A stretch of DNA of 32,179 bases from Mitosporidium daphniae (taxonomy: Eukaryota), in assembly GCF_000760515.2 (NCBI RefSeq), contig NW_013546278.1:1-32179 (forward strand), in the 5' to 3' direction. The notes under the pieces were generated by a model, which was not told the origin of the DNA, did no database searches, and saw only the letters and a program-made list of their open reading frames with translations. A program made the position numbers and the translations under genes. Shown here one piece after another: positions 10,727 through 24,309 of this stretch (the stretch's first letter is position 1; each line of letters opens with the position of its first letter).

Positions 10727-11615
10727 TCAATCAAGGTTCCTAGTATGTGCCCTTGCTTCTTCGAGCACCTCCTTTAAAAGATCCTCTGGGATGTACTCAT
10801 GGCGCCCCTCGGTGGCATCGCATATCCAAGATATTTCTAGCTCAACTCGTTTTTCATGGTCGCCTTTTTGTGCTGCCTCCATTAATCTAGATATGGTCAA
10901 CACATGTTATGGCGTACATTTTCGAGACCAGTTTGACAGCCTCTAGAGCGCTCAACGACTTTGGTTCGAGCTTTTCAAGTTCGGAACGGGCATGTTGTCG
11001 TCCCATTCCAATTGCACATGCAAAATATCCATAAGATTGCCCGGAGGGTTCAATTAAAAATAGCTGGTACGGCTGGGGGTCGCCAATTTTTTGCGAATAG
11101 GCTCCCAGTAAGGCGGCCGATCCAAATGGCCTGGCCCCAGAATAAACGGTGTGGGCTTGGGAAAACAATGCAATCCTCTGATTTAACACCTATAGCAGAA
11201 TAAGGAGTTTCACGCTACTCTTGGTGGGATGGGTTCATCAGTGAGAGCCCTGTAGGACTTGCATTCTTCCCTTGCACGATTGACCAATTGACGGCAATCC
11301 GGAAGATGGCCACTGGCAACCTATAAATGTAAATATATTAAAAAAAAGTTCAACACTACAATTCCGGCATTGAGATCGACATGGGAGATTCTCTTTTGCT
11401 TTTCGGTGATAATTAATTTAGTGGTCGGTCTTTTCTCTGTTGCCAGAACAACGCCGTCCTTCGCTACGATTCCAATGCATGTTGGCCCATCATCGACTGC
11501 CTTTTGGGCATACTCGACTTGGAATATGCGACCTTCTGGAGAAAATATAGTTGCAGAAAGGTCATACTACAGTTGATCATTATCGTGTGCTTACGCCAGA
11601 TCCGATTGTACTCAT
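10727..11615 (-). CDS. PRE10: 20S proteasome subunit alpha-7
   Basis: MSTIGSG|YDLSATIFSPEGRIFQVEYAQKAV, HTVYSGARPFG, VELEISWIC; four short introns; TGA at 10727-10729. Confidence 0.92.
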
Positions 11616-11686
11616 GTAATTAAAATTTGGCTTTAAATTGTGTGTTTTGAATTTTAAATTGAAACCTCCGCTCCCCGCCCAGTGTA

Positions 11687-12462
11687 ATGTCTTCTCAGGA
11701 CAGATCATTTTTGACGCTCAGCCATCTTTCATCTCGCATGCTTCAGTTCCACTCACAAATTCAAGAGCTTTCAAAATTAAACAAGCAGCTCAGTGAGTTT
11801 AATCGCGTTTTTGCATCGTTCCTTCTTTCATTGCAGCTAACTTCTACCGGAGTCAAAATCGAATATGCGCAGCCCAAACTACAAGCTCCCAAAAGCACTG
11901 CATCCATCGAAGATAGAAATGAAGTTTCTCTGAAACCCCCACCAGTTCTTTGCGATGCAACATTTACAGAAAACGAAGCCACTGCCCAGCCTCCTATTGT
12001 GGCAACTGAAAAGGCAGCAGGAAAGTCGAAAAAACTAAATGTTACTTTTTCTTCCAAAATCCAGACCTCAACACCGTATTCATCGTCCAATTGTGCTGCA
12101 ACTTCGGCCTCTTTCCCGGCGCAGCAATTGAGAAAAGACCAAGCCGCCTCTGCCGCCATCAAAAAAGTATGTCTCTCTCTTCCGCTTCATATGCGTACCC
12201 CTGGGTTCTTAGCCGAAGCAGAATCGATAATCCGATTTTTGATCAAATCACCGACTGGAGAGTATGGGATGAGTTTTTATTGTAGATATATAAATGACAT
12301 CTTGACTGGATCTGGCGTTGAAAAGCACCGTGTGATGCAGTATTTGAATTTGTTGATTCGATCAAATGACATTGTCAAGGTTAGCAAAAAGGTATCTTCT
12401 ATTGTTTCACTTAAATTAAGGGATTACTATATCAGCTGAATCCGGAAAAGTACCATTTTTAA
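11687..12462 (+). CDS. DAM1: DASH complex subunit Dam1 with a C-terminal winged-helix-like domain
   Basis: LSHLSSRMLQFHSQIQELSKLNKQLSEFNRVFASFLLSLQL matches the Dam1 pattern L..FNE.FASFL.GL. Introns of 24 and 29 nt give the C-terminus ...KKGLLYQLNPEKYHF*. Confidence 0.72.
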
Positions 12463-12579
12463 CGCCAAATACAAGCTCCAAAAAGTATATGTAGCGCTTT
12501 TAACTTCTCGATCAAGAATTTCCTTAAAGACGCGATGAAGTTTAATACAAAATAAGTAGAAAAATAAGATTTGCAACTC

Positions 12580-13172
12580 TTATTGCTTTGGAATAGCATT
12601 ATGAAAGGCTGCATTAGACATACCATGTGGGTTTTGTAACATCATGGCTGGTGGTGGTGGTGGTGGGAGAGAGAAATTTTGGCGAAGGTTCATGAACATT
12701 GGTGGAGGCGGTGGCGGTGGCATACCCATCATCATCAAGCCGGGATGGAATACTGGTGTGGGGGGAGGCGGGGGCATTTGCATGGGCGCCCCTGCTGGGA
12801 CGATGGGCACCATGCCACTCAAGTCATCTGGGTTTCCAACTGCGACGGCAGGTCTCAGAGATGAGGAGGAAATCAGCCCGGCACCCCAAGCAGTTTGGCC
12901 CGGTGGCAGCATTGTGGGCGGGGAAGGCGGGATTTCTACATAAAACATGAAGCATTACCTTCAGCATCTGCATATGCCCTATAAATGGTATCAAGCTGCA
13001 TTTGTAGTTTGCTTGCATGCTCTACAGACGTTATAGATCAGAAAAATATGGTACCCATAAAGTATGTTTTCACATTTGAGCAATGTTTCCACCCAGAATT
13101 ATGGTCTCGCCGCACTCGAATGGCATCATGGGTCAGGTATATGTCACAATAGTCACAGTAGTATTTGGGCAT
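12580..13172 (-). CDS. SNRPC: U1 snRNP protein C
   Basis: [30 protein letters not shown] zinc finger plus a Pro/Met-rich tail; introns of 33 and 23 nt. Confidence 0.95.
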
Positions 13173-13278
13173 TTGATTAAAAAAATTTAGAAATTTTAAA
13201 CTTTATGGCTGAAAAAGTTGCGGTTACTGTGGTGCATGGCGGAAAATCCGACATTGCCGGCTGGCCAATGCAGCCGCT

Positions 13279-13857
13279 TTAAACTGGTGTTGCACGTATT
13301 GAATTGCCTTTTGCCTTTTGAAAATGAAGCTCATTTTTAACCTGATAGAAAAGTTGGACGAGGCCATTGGTGAACGTATTGCATGAGAGTAGAGATAATT
13401 CGTGTTTTGAGGCAAGTCCGTTACACAATGCAATCCCGCTACCAAGAAAAACAGGATGGATTGTCAAAATCAAGTCATCAACAAGACCAGCATCTAGCAA
13501 TTCGCTATTAAGGCAAGACCCGCCAACTATCCAAATATTTTTTCCAGGCTCCAGCTTCGTTTTCTTGACAAAGTCGATCGGATTTTCATGTACTAGCTGT
13601 ACACTGTCATCGTTTAACTGCTCGAGCGTCCTACTAAACACGTAGTTTTTCTTCCCTGGAAATACCGGACCATATGCCTTTGAAAATTCGTATGTGTTTC
13701 GACCCATAATTGTAACATCAATCCCATTAAGGAATTCCGAAAATCCCAAATCACTGCCGCGATATTTTTCCGTAAATAGCCAATCCAATTCGTGGTTGGT
13801 TCCAGAAATCAAGCCGTCAGCCGTGCAAGCAGTATAAATCGTCACTCTTCTTACCAT
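13279..13857 (-). CDS. Bacterial-type dihydrofolate reductase family protein (RibD C-terminal domain), intronless
   Basis: IYTACTADGLI...LDWL...IMGRNTYE...YVFSRT...GKNIWIVGG...LLDAGLVDDLILTIHPVFLGSGI...GLVQLFY; the likely start is MVRRV at 13857. Confidence 0.9.
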   Translation of the reverse strand: MVRRVTIYTACTADGLISGTNHELDWLFTEKYRGSDLGFSEFLNGIDVTIMGRNTYEFSKAYGPVFPGKKNYVFSRTLEQLNDDSVQLVHENPIDFVKKTKLEPGKNIWIVGGSCLNSELLDAGLVDDLILTIHPVFLGSGIALCNGLASKHELSLLSCNTFTNGLVQLFYQVKNELHFQKAKGNSIRATPV

Positions 13858-14119
13858 CAATTTCAAATAAAATCTGCTTTTATATGCTGACCTAAATGTA
13901 CACATGTTTAGTTGTCTCCGTAAAAAGCAAACAGTACAGTAGCTTGGGCTTGTGTCCGCTTATTGATGTCCCTTGCGACTATTAGAACTTTATTGAATGC
14001 CTGTTTTTACTTTGGTGAACCGGAGTCTTCACATAATCAAGAATTTTAGCTCCAAGCTTTGGTTTACAAAAGTGGATCGATGTGCAATTTAATGAAATGA
14101 ATTTATTTGCAATTTTTTA

Positions 14120-14437
14120 ATGAAATTTGTTCTTGATAAATTTTCTGTTTTATCCATTCGGCACATCTATGTAAAGCCTGAACGGAGAATAGAAGGAAGT
14201 GCCAATATTTATCGAAAAAGCCGCGAAGATAAAGCTAGAAGAGTAGCACTCGCCGCGATGCCTGCAGTCCCTCAAGTTTCTATAGATTTTAGGAAAAAGT
14301 TTTTAGATTGTTTATATAGTGAGAAGAGCTGGTGGAGAACTCTGCCTGAAAGAGTAGACTATTCTGATGTTGTTAAAGAGCTTTCGTCTTGTAAGGGTCC
14401 AAATGCACCACCTTTATCTTGGAAACTGATAAAATAA
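14120..14437 (+). CDS. 105-aa basic hypothetical protein, possibly mitochondrial
   Basis: Intact ORF with an AATTTTTT-AATG start context and a presequence-like N-terminus; no family recognised. Confidence 0.55.
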   Translation: MKFVLDKFSVLSIRHIYVKPERRIEGSANIYRKSREDKARRVALAAMPAVPQVSIDFRKKFLDCLYSEKSWWRTLPERVDYSDVVKELSSCKGPNAPPLSWKLIK

Positions 14438-14448
14438 AATAACTGCAA

Positions 14449-15543
14449 CTACAACATGACTCGCCTTCCTAATAAGCCGTTTTTGAGCAGCCTGGTGAAA
14501 ACAACAAGGGCAGCAGTAACCATTGGCACCGAAATTAGTCGAATCCAGGATGGCCATCGCCTTTTCGCTTTAAGATTTGAAAACGGACGATGCGAGAGCG
14601 ATTCAACCAATGTCATAAGGTCCGCAGGGCTTGGTCTCCAGGACTCAATCCGATAAAGCGATGCATTGAGAGACGAGATGGACGAAAGCGAGCCTTCAAT
14701 GGCAACTGTATAATATTCATTTAGAAGCTGCAGATTTCCGCCTTTGTGATTAGTAGACCCCAACAGCGATTGTGAAATAAGGCTCTTAAGCCTAACTTGC
14801 CGCTGCTCCAAAATGCCTTCAAAAAGGTAGAAAAAATCCTTTTCCAACCGAAGGAGAGCACCGTCCGAAATTAGATACTCAGCAAGAGATTGAAGAAATA
14901 AAAAATAAAACTTTCGCGTGGTCAATGTACATTCAAGTGCGCCAAACAAACAAGTGAAACAAAATAAATACAAGAAAGAAAACATGCTCCGCACGTCAAA
15001 AGCCAGTTTCTTGTCAAATGGCTTCCAGAACGAACCGGGAGCGTCTCTATATATTTGTAGAAGGATGGCAGTGACCTTTGTCGAAATATAATCAATGCTT
15101 TTGACAAAGAGAGCGCTTGATTCTCGAGTCATAAGAACATCAGAAGAAACTGTGCCAAGATCGATAATCCATTGGGTGACCAGATCGTTACAAGTCGTGC
15201 GGTGATGATCTGCTTGCATGTAGGGAAGCCAATCCTGGCATCCTCGCTCTGCAAACCCAGGACTCCTCTTTTCAAGTTTTGAGTATAGAAAATCAACATA
15301 CTCAAGAACACTTGGGCGAAGGTCTTTCGAGCCCATTTTATCTTCACCATTAGACGTAGGTAAGGGCGATATGCTGCCGATATCATCGGCCAATATGGAG
15401 GCAAAATTATTGTCAAATGTGGAATTGAAATCCAAAGTCAATGACTCGGCCTTAAGAGCGCCATTTTTATTATCACTTGCGACATTAGGTTCGTCATTGA
15501 AGAGGCTTGAGCTGGAATATATCAAGCTAGAGGTAGACGACAT
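14449..15543 (-). CDS. 364-aa hypothetical protein with a C-terminal hydrophobic anchor
   Basis: Long intact ORF; Ser-rich N-terminus; terminal WIRLISVPMVTAALVVF followed by a basic tail. Confidence 0.75.
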   Translation of the reverse strand: MSSTSSLIYSSSSLFNDEPNVASDNKNGALKAESLTLDFNSTFDNNFASILADDIGSISPLPTSNGEDKMGSKDLRPSVLEYVDFLYSKLEKRSPGFAERGCQDWLPYMQADHHRTTCNDLVTQWIIDLGTVSSDVLMTRESSALFVKSIDYISTKVTAILLQIYRDAPGSFWKPFDKKLAFDVRSMFSFLYLFCFTCLFGALECTLTTRKFYFLFLQSLAEYLISDGALLRLEKDFFYLFEGILEQRQVRLKSLISQSLLGSTNHKGGNLQLLNEYYTVAIEGSLSSISSLNASLYRIESWRPSPADLMTLVESLSHRPFSNLKAKRRWPSWIRLISVPMVTAALVVFTRLLKNGLLGRRVML

Positions 15544-15585
15544 GCTTAGTAAAAAATATCCAAATTAATGCCAAGTTTTACGAAT

Positions 15586-16920
15586 TTAATCTTTCAAGTC
15601 CATTAGCAACATTGAAGACTCGGCCGTGCATGGGTCCTTTCGAGGCATCCGTACAAAGGGATAAACCGGATGCTCTGGGGCTGTGTTTTCTGTACAATTA
15701 CGCATCGAATCGGCCGTCACAAATTTCAAGAAATCTTTGGCCGATCTCGACGGGATTCTATAGGATTGGAGGTCCTTCACGGGAAGCACAACGGGGTCAT
15801 CTTCTGTAATCACAGGAGGTAGCCCCATTGCGGCACGAACCTCAGCAAGAAGTAATTCCGTGTGTGGATCGTTGTTGTGCAGATTTTCAATTTCGTAAAG
15901 GAAATATCGCTTGGAAAAGTGGTTCAAGTATAGGGCTCGTGGGGCCACTGCCTTTGCAAATGCCCCTGCCATGGAGGTTGTGGAGTGCATTGTCATCTCT
16001 GCTCGAAGTCTTTCACATCCGAGAAACGTACATTCGTGGATGAGGGCATCGGAGTATCTGAAAAATTAATAAATAATCGAATTGGCAGACAAAAAAGAAA
16101 CAAGCAAGGTTGGTCGTCACATACCGAGCCAATTGAAGAATGCTCCACGGATGCGAGGTGTCTCCAAGAATCGAAATTTTCCTGGGAACACATGCCAATG
16201 AGTGTGCCTTTTCGAAGATCACATACCCAAGGCAAAAGGTGGAATGTTTAATTGGCATCGCAATGACTGCAAAATCTTGATCTTGATAAGCCACATACGT
16301 CGAGCTTTCCACGCTCGAAGGGCAAACATATCTGTGCATGGCATTAGATTTGAAGTTACTGGGTGGCGTTTTTTCTGCAGGGACTATTTCAACAAAAGAA
16401 ACTTGTCTTTTCATGTCATAAGCATTTAAAAAGGGCGAAAGCAGGTCATAGATACCAAGAGGGCCAACCACAGTTACCTTTTCTAAAAGTAAACAAACAA
16501 AACAACAACCTTGGCACAATTTGACAAGCGCAGGAAGTCCAAGGAAATGGTCCTCATGAAGATGCGTAATAAAGATAACAGAGGGCCTCAACAACGCAAT
16601 CGGCGAGGAAAGGAGCTGGCGAACGGTCCCATCTCCACAATCAAAAATCCAAAGGGTGTCCGACCCAAGCTTGATTCCTAAATGCAAAAGGGTTAAACTA
16701 AATAGATACCTAGAGATGAAGTTGAGCGAGTGGAGGTCGGTGTGGCGGAAGATGTTCCTAGAAAGCAGACGGAAATTTCCTTCTGGTATTTTGGAATCGG
16801 CGTGATGGGAATTCCTGTTGGAATCTTCCAGAGCATTTTTTCTACCACGGTTCTGGTAGAAAAAGAGGCCTGACAAAATAATGCGGGTCGAAATGCCTTC
16901 CACCACCAGCAGCGCTGCAT
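15586..16920 (-). CDS. Short-form ribonuclease Z (ELAC1/RNase BN-like) with presequence
   Basis: FLGTSSATPTSTRSTSS, FDCGDG, IFITHLHEDH, HSTFCLGY, ILGDT, LIHECTF, HST, LNHFSKRY; three introns including a 67-nt one at 16058-16124. Confidence 0.9.
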
Positions 16921-16988
16921 TAATTAAGTTGAGTGAATTTTTTGTCGCTTTAAAATCAAAAAAATTGATAATTTTTTTCATCCCAAAC

Positions 16989-17669
16989 ATGAATTACAGC
17001 CAAGCGAGCCCATTCTGGCCGCTTGGTCGCAAGCGATCGGAGGTTGATAATGCCCAAGTAACCAATAGCCTCTTAGTCTTCCTCTGTACGAGCTAATGCT
17101 TAGCAGTGTTATCCAGCAAATGAAACGAAATGTCACATCTGTTCAGGAGCTCGAAGAAAAGTACCCTTTGTTTGCCGTTGATTTTTAAAGGTTGCACGAG
17201 CTCGGGCAAACCATCGGGTACTCCCTTGCAGAGATCTTTTTCTGGAAGGAGCGCAGTGGAAGAAGAGATCAACAGCTCCTTCCATTGCTGCTGCGCATAA
17301 AAAGCTCTTTTTGGAAAGAGTTCTTTGGGGTTCCTGCCGATGCCCTTGAACGATCTCTGGAAAAGGATAACGAATGTATGCTGGTGCTGATGCTCATGGA
17401 TTTAGTTATGCTGATGGACGAGAATCCAGTTCTATTTAGAAACATGTCTCTTCCCAGAGATTTGCTCTCGTTTAATCCCTGCGCCTGGATTGCAGGAATG
17501 CTACAGGCCATGATAACTTCGTGCGGATTTGTACCATCCAATGGTTAATTTGTAGAAATGCTCCGTCAGTGCACACAGATCCAGCGAAAATTTCTCGGAG
17601 AACATAGAAAATATTGTATATTTAATTCAGGTAGATCCTGGCCTCCTTGTGCAGGGGCTGATTGAATAG
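16989..17669 (+). CDS. TRS31: TRAPP complex subunit Trs31/TRAPPC5
   Basis: SVQELEEK|LHELGQTIG...FWKEFFGVPADALERS...SLPRDLLSFNPCAWIAGML...CSVSAH; four short introns. Confidence 0.85.
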
Positions 17670-17863
17670 CATATTTATGGCCCATTTAGGAACAATAAAC
17701 AACCGGCTACTTGCCAAAAGCAACTCATTGCACACCAATTATGACGTACTGAGGATCGGAAACATAAGTACGCCAATGGCTGGGTCCAGTTTTCAAGCAG
17801 CAGGCTAGCCCATTTATGATGCTTGCACGGCATTCTTGGGCAAAGTGCTTGGGTTTGGGGTAC

Positions 17864-19319
17864 CTATTTATTGAGAGATTCCAGAAACTGGTCCATCAGC
17901 AAAAGATATGGCTGCAAATGATCACTTCCGTTCTCTTTGGAAAGGATCGAATGGATGGTCGGCACCATGTCGGGATCAAACTTGTCAATCAAAGCCGGGT
18001 CTATGGGAACGCATATCTTTCCGGTATCTGGATGCACGCAAAATGGTGCTTTGAGCAGATGGTTCAATCCAATTGAAACATTGGAGTCTAGCCGCGGATA
18101 GAGACGGTGCAAAATAAATTCTTCCGCCAGATGGGAGCGCTGCTTTTTCTCCGAAGTGCAAAGCTGCTGCACAATCGTCTTCCACCGCTCGAGCGGATCG
18201 CATATTTTCTCTTTTTTCCACATTTCAATCAGGCCATTTGGTGCGGGGCAAAGGCCGGAAAGTGAGGTGGCGAGATCTGTATTCTCAACATCCTCAGAGA
18301 GAAGCTCTGGTAGGATCTTTTGCTTGAAAATCGGAGACACAAGAGAAAGCGCACGCTTGATCATCGGGTGGGACTCTACTGCAGAACTATTATTGTAGCT
18401 GCCGCCATTAGAGACGCTGTAATTCGCGCCATTACCGGATGTTTTACCAGCAGAACGGCTTATTTCAATATATGAGACGATGGCCTTGCGCAAACCCGAG
18501 TCTAGTGTGCGAGCACGCTTATCGGCAACCCAGCAATGTATTCCTCTTCTTCCTGAAAATACCCAGAGGATGCTAACAAATCCAAAGTCCATACGGAGAA
18601 TGGCATCGAGAACCTTTACAGCAGCAACGATGTATTGCCAGCATTTGATGCACATTTTCTTGTTTTGACAGCATTTTCGTATGTCATCATAGTCTGTCAA
18701 GTCGATGTCAAAGACAAGCTCGCGCTCGATAGCCGAAAACGAGGCTGGCATCAGCGATTTTTTTTCTGATGGCTACAAAGTACCGGTTAAGCGAATAAAA
18801 ATGGCAAACACAAGATGGTGCACAAATGGCGCATGGCCGATGCGAAAAAGTATCCAATTAAATCGTAAAAACAATAAGCAGCGAAAATGTTGACTTACTC
18901 TTGCAGAATAAATGGCACCAATATCAATCTTGATGGGCTTTGCTTGCACAATGCGTTCTCGCATATCCGCTTCCCCCAAAAAGGAAAGGAAGCGAATGTA
19001 TGTTTGATTAGCCAAGGTCATTGAAAACTCCCTTCGTGTAAAATATGGCCCCTTTACACCTAAACATGAGTTTGACGTAAAAACCTTCTATTCCATATGA
19101 GAGCCAACGGTAAATTCTATCAAACGGATAAAACTTTGAGTAGAACATCAGCAGGCATTCTTCCATATCCAGCTGAGAATAGTCCATCATCAAGAATTCG
19201 TTCGGCCTTGCCACAACGGGTGTCATCGCCGTTGGAGATGGGTCCGATGGTGTCGATGAAGATGCCCAGTTGTGCTGAAAAGCAGCAGCCTCAATGCCCT
19301 CCATGCCGGTCGCCTGCAT
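17864..19319 (-). CDS. PRI1: DNA primase small (catalytic) subunit
   Basis: FTRREFSMTL, PIKIDIGAIYS, ERELVFDIDLTDYDD, WVFSGRRGIHCWV, HLLKAPFCVHPDTG; introns of 25 nt and 126 nt (18773-18898). Confidence 0.97.
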
Positions 19320-19377
19320 TGAAGTAAAACCGCCAAATATTAAACGGCAACTTGATTAAATTGTAAATTTTGCTTCA
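19320..19377. promoter_or_regulatory. Bidirectional promoter of PRI1 and MCM4 with an E2F-type site
   Basis: 58 nt between divergent ATGs; CCGCCAAA (TTTGGCGG on minus) at 19330-19337; AAATTT at 19365-19370. Confidence 0.65.
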
Positions 19378-22463
<3,086 letters not shown>

Positions 22464-22652
22464 TTGATAAATAAACAACAGGTTCATAACCATCTGTCCA
22501 TTTTGTATACACAAAGAGCAGGCTTTGATGCGTTATAAGCAGATCCCGAGACCAGCGCGAAACAATAGAAAATTGGCGAGATCCTTTTAACCTTGACCCT
22601 ATGGCACAAGCTCTAAGGCGGCTGTAATTGGCCCATGTTATTAAAACGGTGA

Positions 22653-23670
22653 CAAGCCACTGGTTGGCAGAGGAATGAACGGGATTTTAATTGTGAAGGT
22701 CGGAATCCTTATGGGTTTCGCCTTGCTATGATTATTTATTCAAATTCGCGTGCCTTTGTACACGGAGCTGCTGGGAATCAATTTGACGCATACACAAGCT
22801 CGTGTGGCAATAAGATTCAGGCAAATAGCGCTGCTGAAACGCGAGAAAATGGTCATGTAAAAACACAAAGCACGCCCACTGAAAGATGCAAGGCTTGAAC
22901 CAGATTTACCAGAAAAGTCTTCAGTGCAGCGCTTTTAAAATGCTCCGAGCCAATAACGCAGCAGCGCAAGCACACACGTAGGGCTTATGCTCTTTTAACT
23001 CCCAAACTTGAAAAAGAGGGGCAAAAGAGTATGTTTGACGGGTACTTGTTTCTTCTAGATAAATCTAGCATCCAAGTTTCGCTTTTCGAACGGTCTTTTG
23101 AGGTGCGAAAACCATTTAGAAAAAGTGACTAAATAATATGCCCTGAAAAGCATGCAAAAAGCCTTGTTAAGGTATACAAGTTTATGGGAAGTCTAGTCAC
23201 TTTAACCAACGAGCATGTCAAAATCGAGAAAGAAGGTGCATTTCAAGATATGAATTTAAGGCTATATGCTGCAAATGAGCATTGTTCTATCAAGGTTCTG
23301 GAATGGGTAGTCCAAATCTAAAACCTTTCAACAATCCATGTGTCTTCTAGCAGTCACTTGTGTTCGTTCATACAGAAAAGTAATTTTATCCTGGAAAAAA
23401 CCTATGCTAAACCCCATTCCTTAATGACACGGCGGAGCTTCTGTTGGAAAAAATAGACCGAAAAAACAATATTCAACGTCTAGAAAGGTCAATACACCAT
23501 TTAAAAGAGTCGATTGAACATCAAAAATACGGATTAAAACTGCTAAGCCCTTAGTTAGCTACTTATTTTGAAAGCAAAGGTACCGCTTGAAATCTTTCAT
23601 AGTCGCAAAGCCTTCTAAAGCCGCTTATAAATCTACTACTAGATCGCTTATCCATTTTATCAATAAATTA
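22653..23670 (+). pseudogene. Disrupted ORF of unknown family
   Basis: One frame runs 267 codons (22653-23453) with only three internal stops (22896, 23130, 23319). A shifted frame then continues FLNDTAELLLEKIDRKNNIQRLERSIHHLKESIE. Confidence 0.5.
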
Positions 23671-23914
23671 ACCTTTCTTTAAAAGATAATTGCAAGTTGG
23701 CCTTCATATTGCCTGGCCCAATTAAAGAAAAGTCCTGGCCTTCGTGCATTACAGATTCTCCCTAACTTTATGGTGCACTCCCGCGGGTGTGCCAATTAAT
23801 CGGTGTTTTCCATTAATTAACGGGATGAAAATTTAAGTCTGAAATACGCAGCTAGTTTCAAAACGTGTGTTTCTCAGATGCCACTCGTCCTTTTGGTAAC
23901 AGGCGCATGGATAT

Positions 23915-24270
23915 CTATTTAGGAAGTTCTTCCTGTTGAAAGAGAACATCTAAAGTGTGGCCTTCTTTAAGTAGCTGATCGGTTAGCTTGCGATTTTCTT
24001 GATATTTTTTTTCTCTCTTCTTTGCTGCTATAAGATTTTTCTGGCGCCGTTCTTCATACTATGCATATGGTCAATGGGCGCGAGCGTCTTACCTCAACCC
24101 GAAGACACTCGTCAAGCTTCTTCCGTATGGAAAAACATGCATTTCCAATCTTTGCATAAATGCCGCCATTCTTGTGACACTCGCGGTACTCCTTTAACAG
24201 GTCGAGACAGGTTATGGTTTGGTTCAGACCTGATTGGTTATTGCATATGAGACCACGTACCTAGTGGCAT
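23915..24270 (-). CDS. CMC2: Twin CX9C cytochrome c oxidase assembly factor (Cmc1/Cmc2 family), 96 aa
   Basis: Exons 24270-24261, 24229-24093 and 24058-23915 (introns 31 and 34 nt) give MPLGLNQTITCLDLLKEYRECHKNGGIYAKIGNACFSIRKKLDECLRVEYEERRQKN... Confidence 0.88.
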
Positions 24271-24309
24271 CCGCTAAATTGTAAAGTTTATAAAATTTGC
24301 ATTCACATT

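Noticed and set aside
12644..12780. GGT/GGC triplet runs
   Set aside because: They are the antisense of poly-proline codons in the U1-C tail.
13995..14015. U5 snRNA loop I-like GCCTGTTTTTAC
   Set aside because: It does not match the invariant GCCTTTTAC and I see no enclosing stem.
16921..16990. N-terminal part of ORF 16013-16990 as the RNase Z start
   Set aside because: The conserved FLGTSS motif is in another frame starting at ATG 16920 and is joined by an intron; the upstream part is the shared promoter.
17739..17772. Hammerhead-like core CTGAGGA...GAAA and nearby U1-like ATTGCAC
   Set aside because: No stem II, no UH cleavage site in register, and the U1 elements are mismatched and out of order.
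23836..24230. RNase P P4-like pairing GTCTGAA/TTCAGAC
   Set aside because: The 3' half lies in a CMC2 coding exon and the conserved GGAA context is missing.
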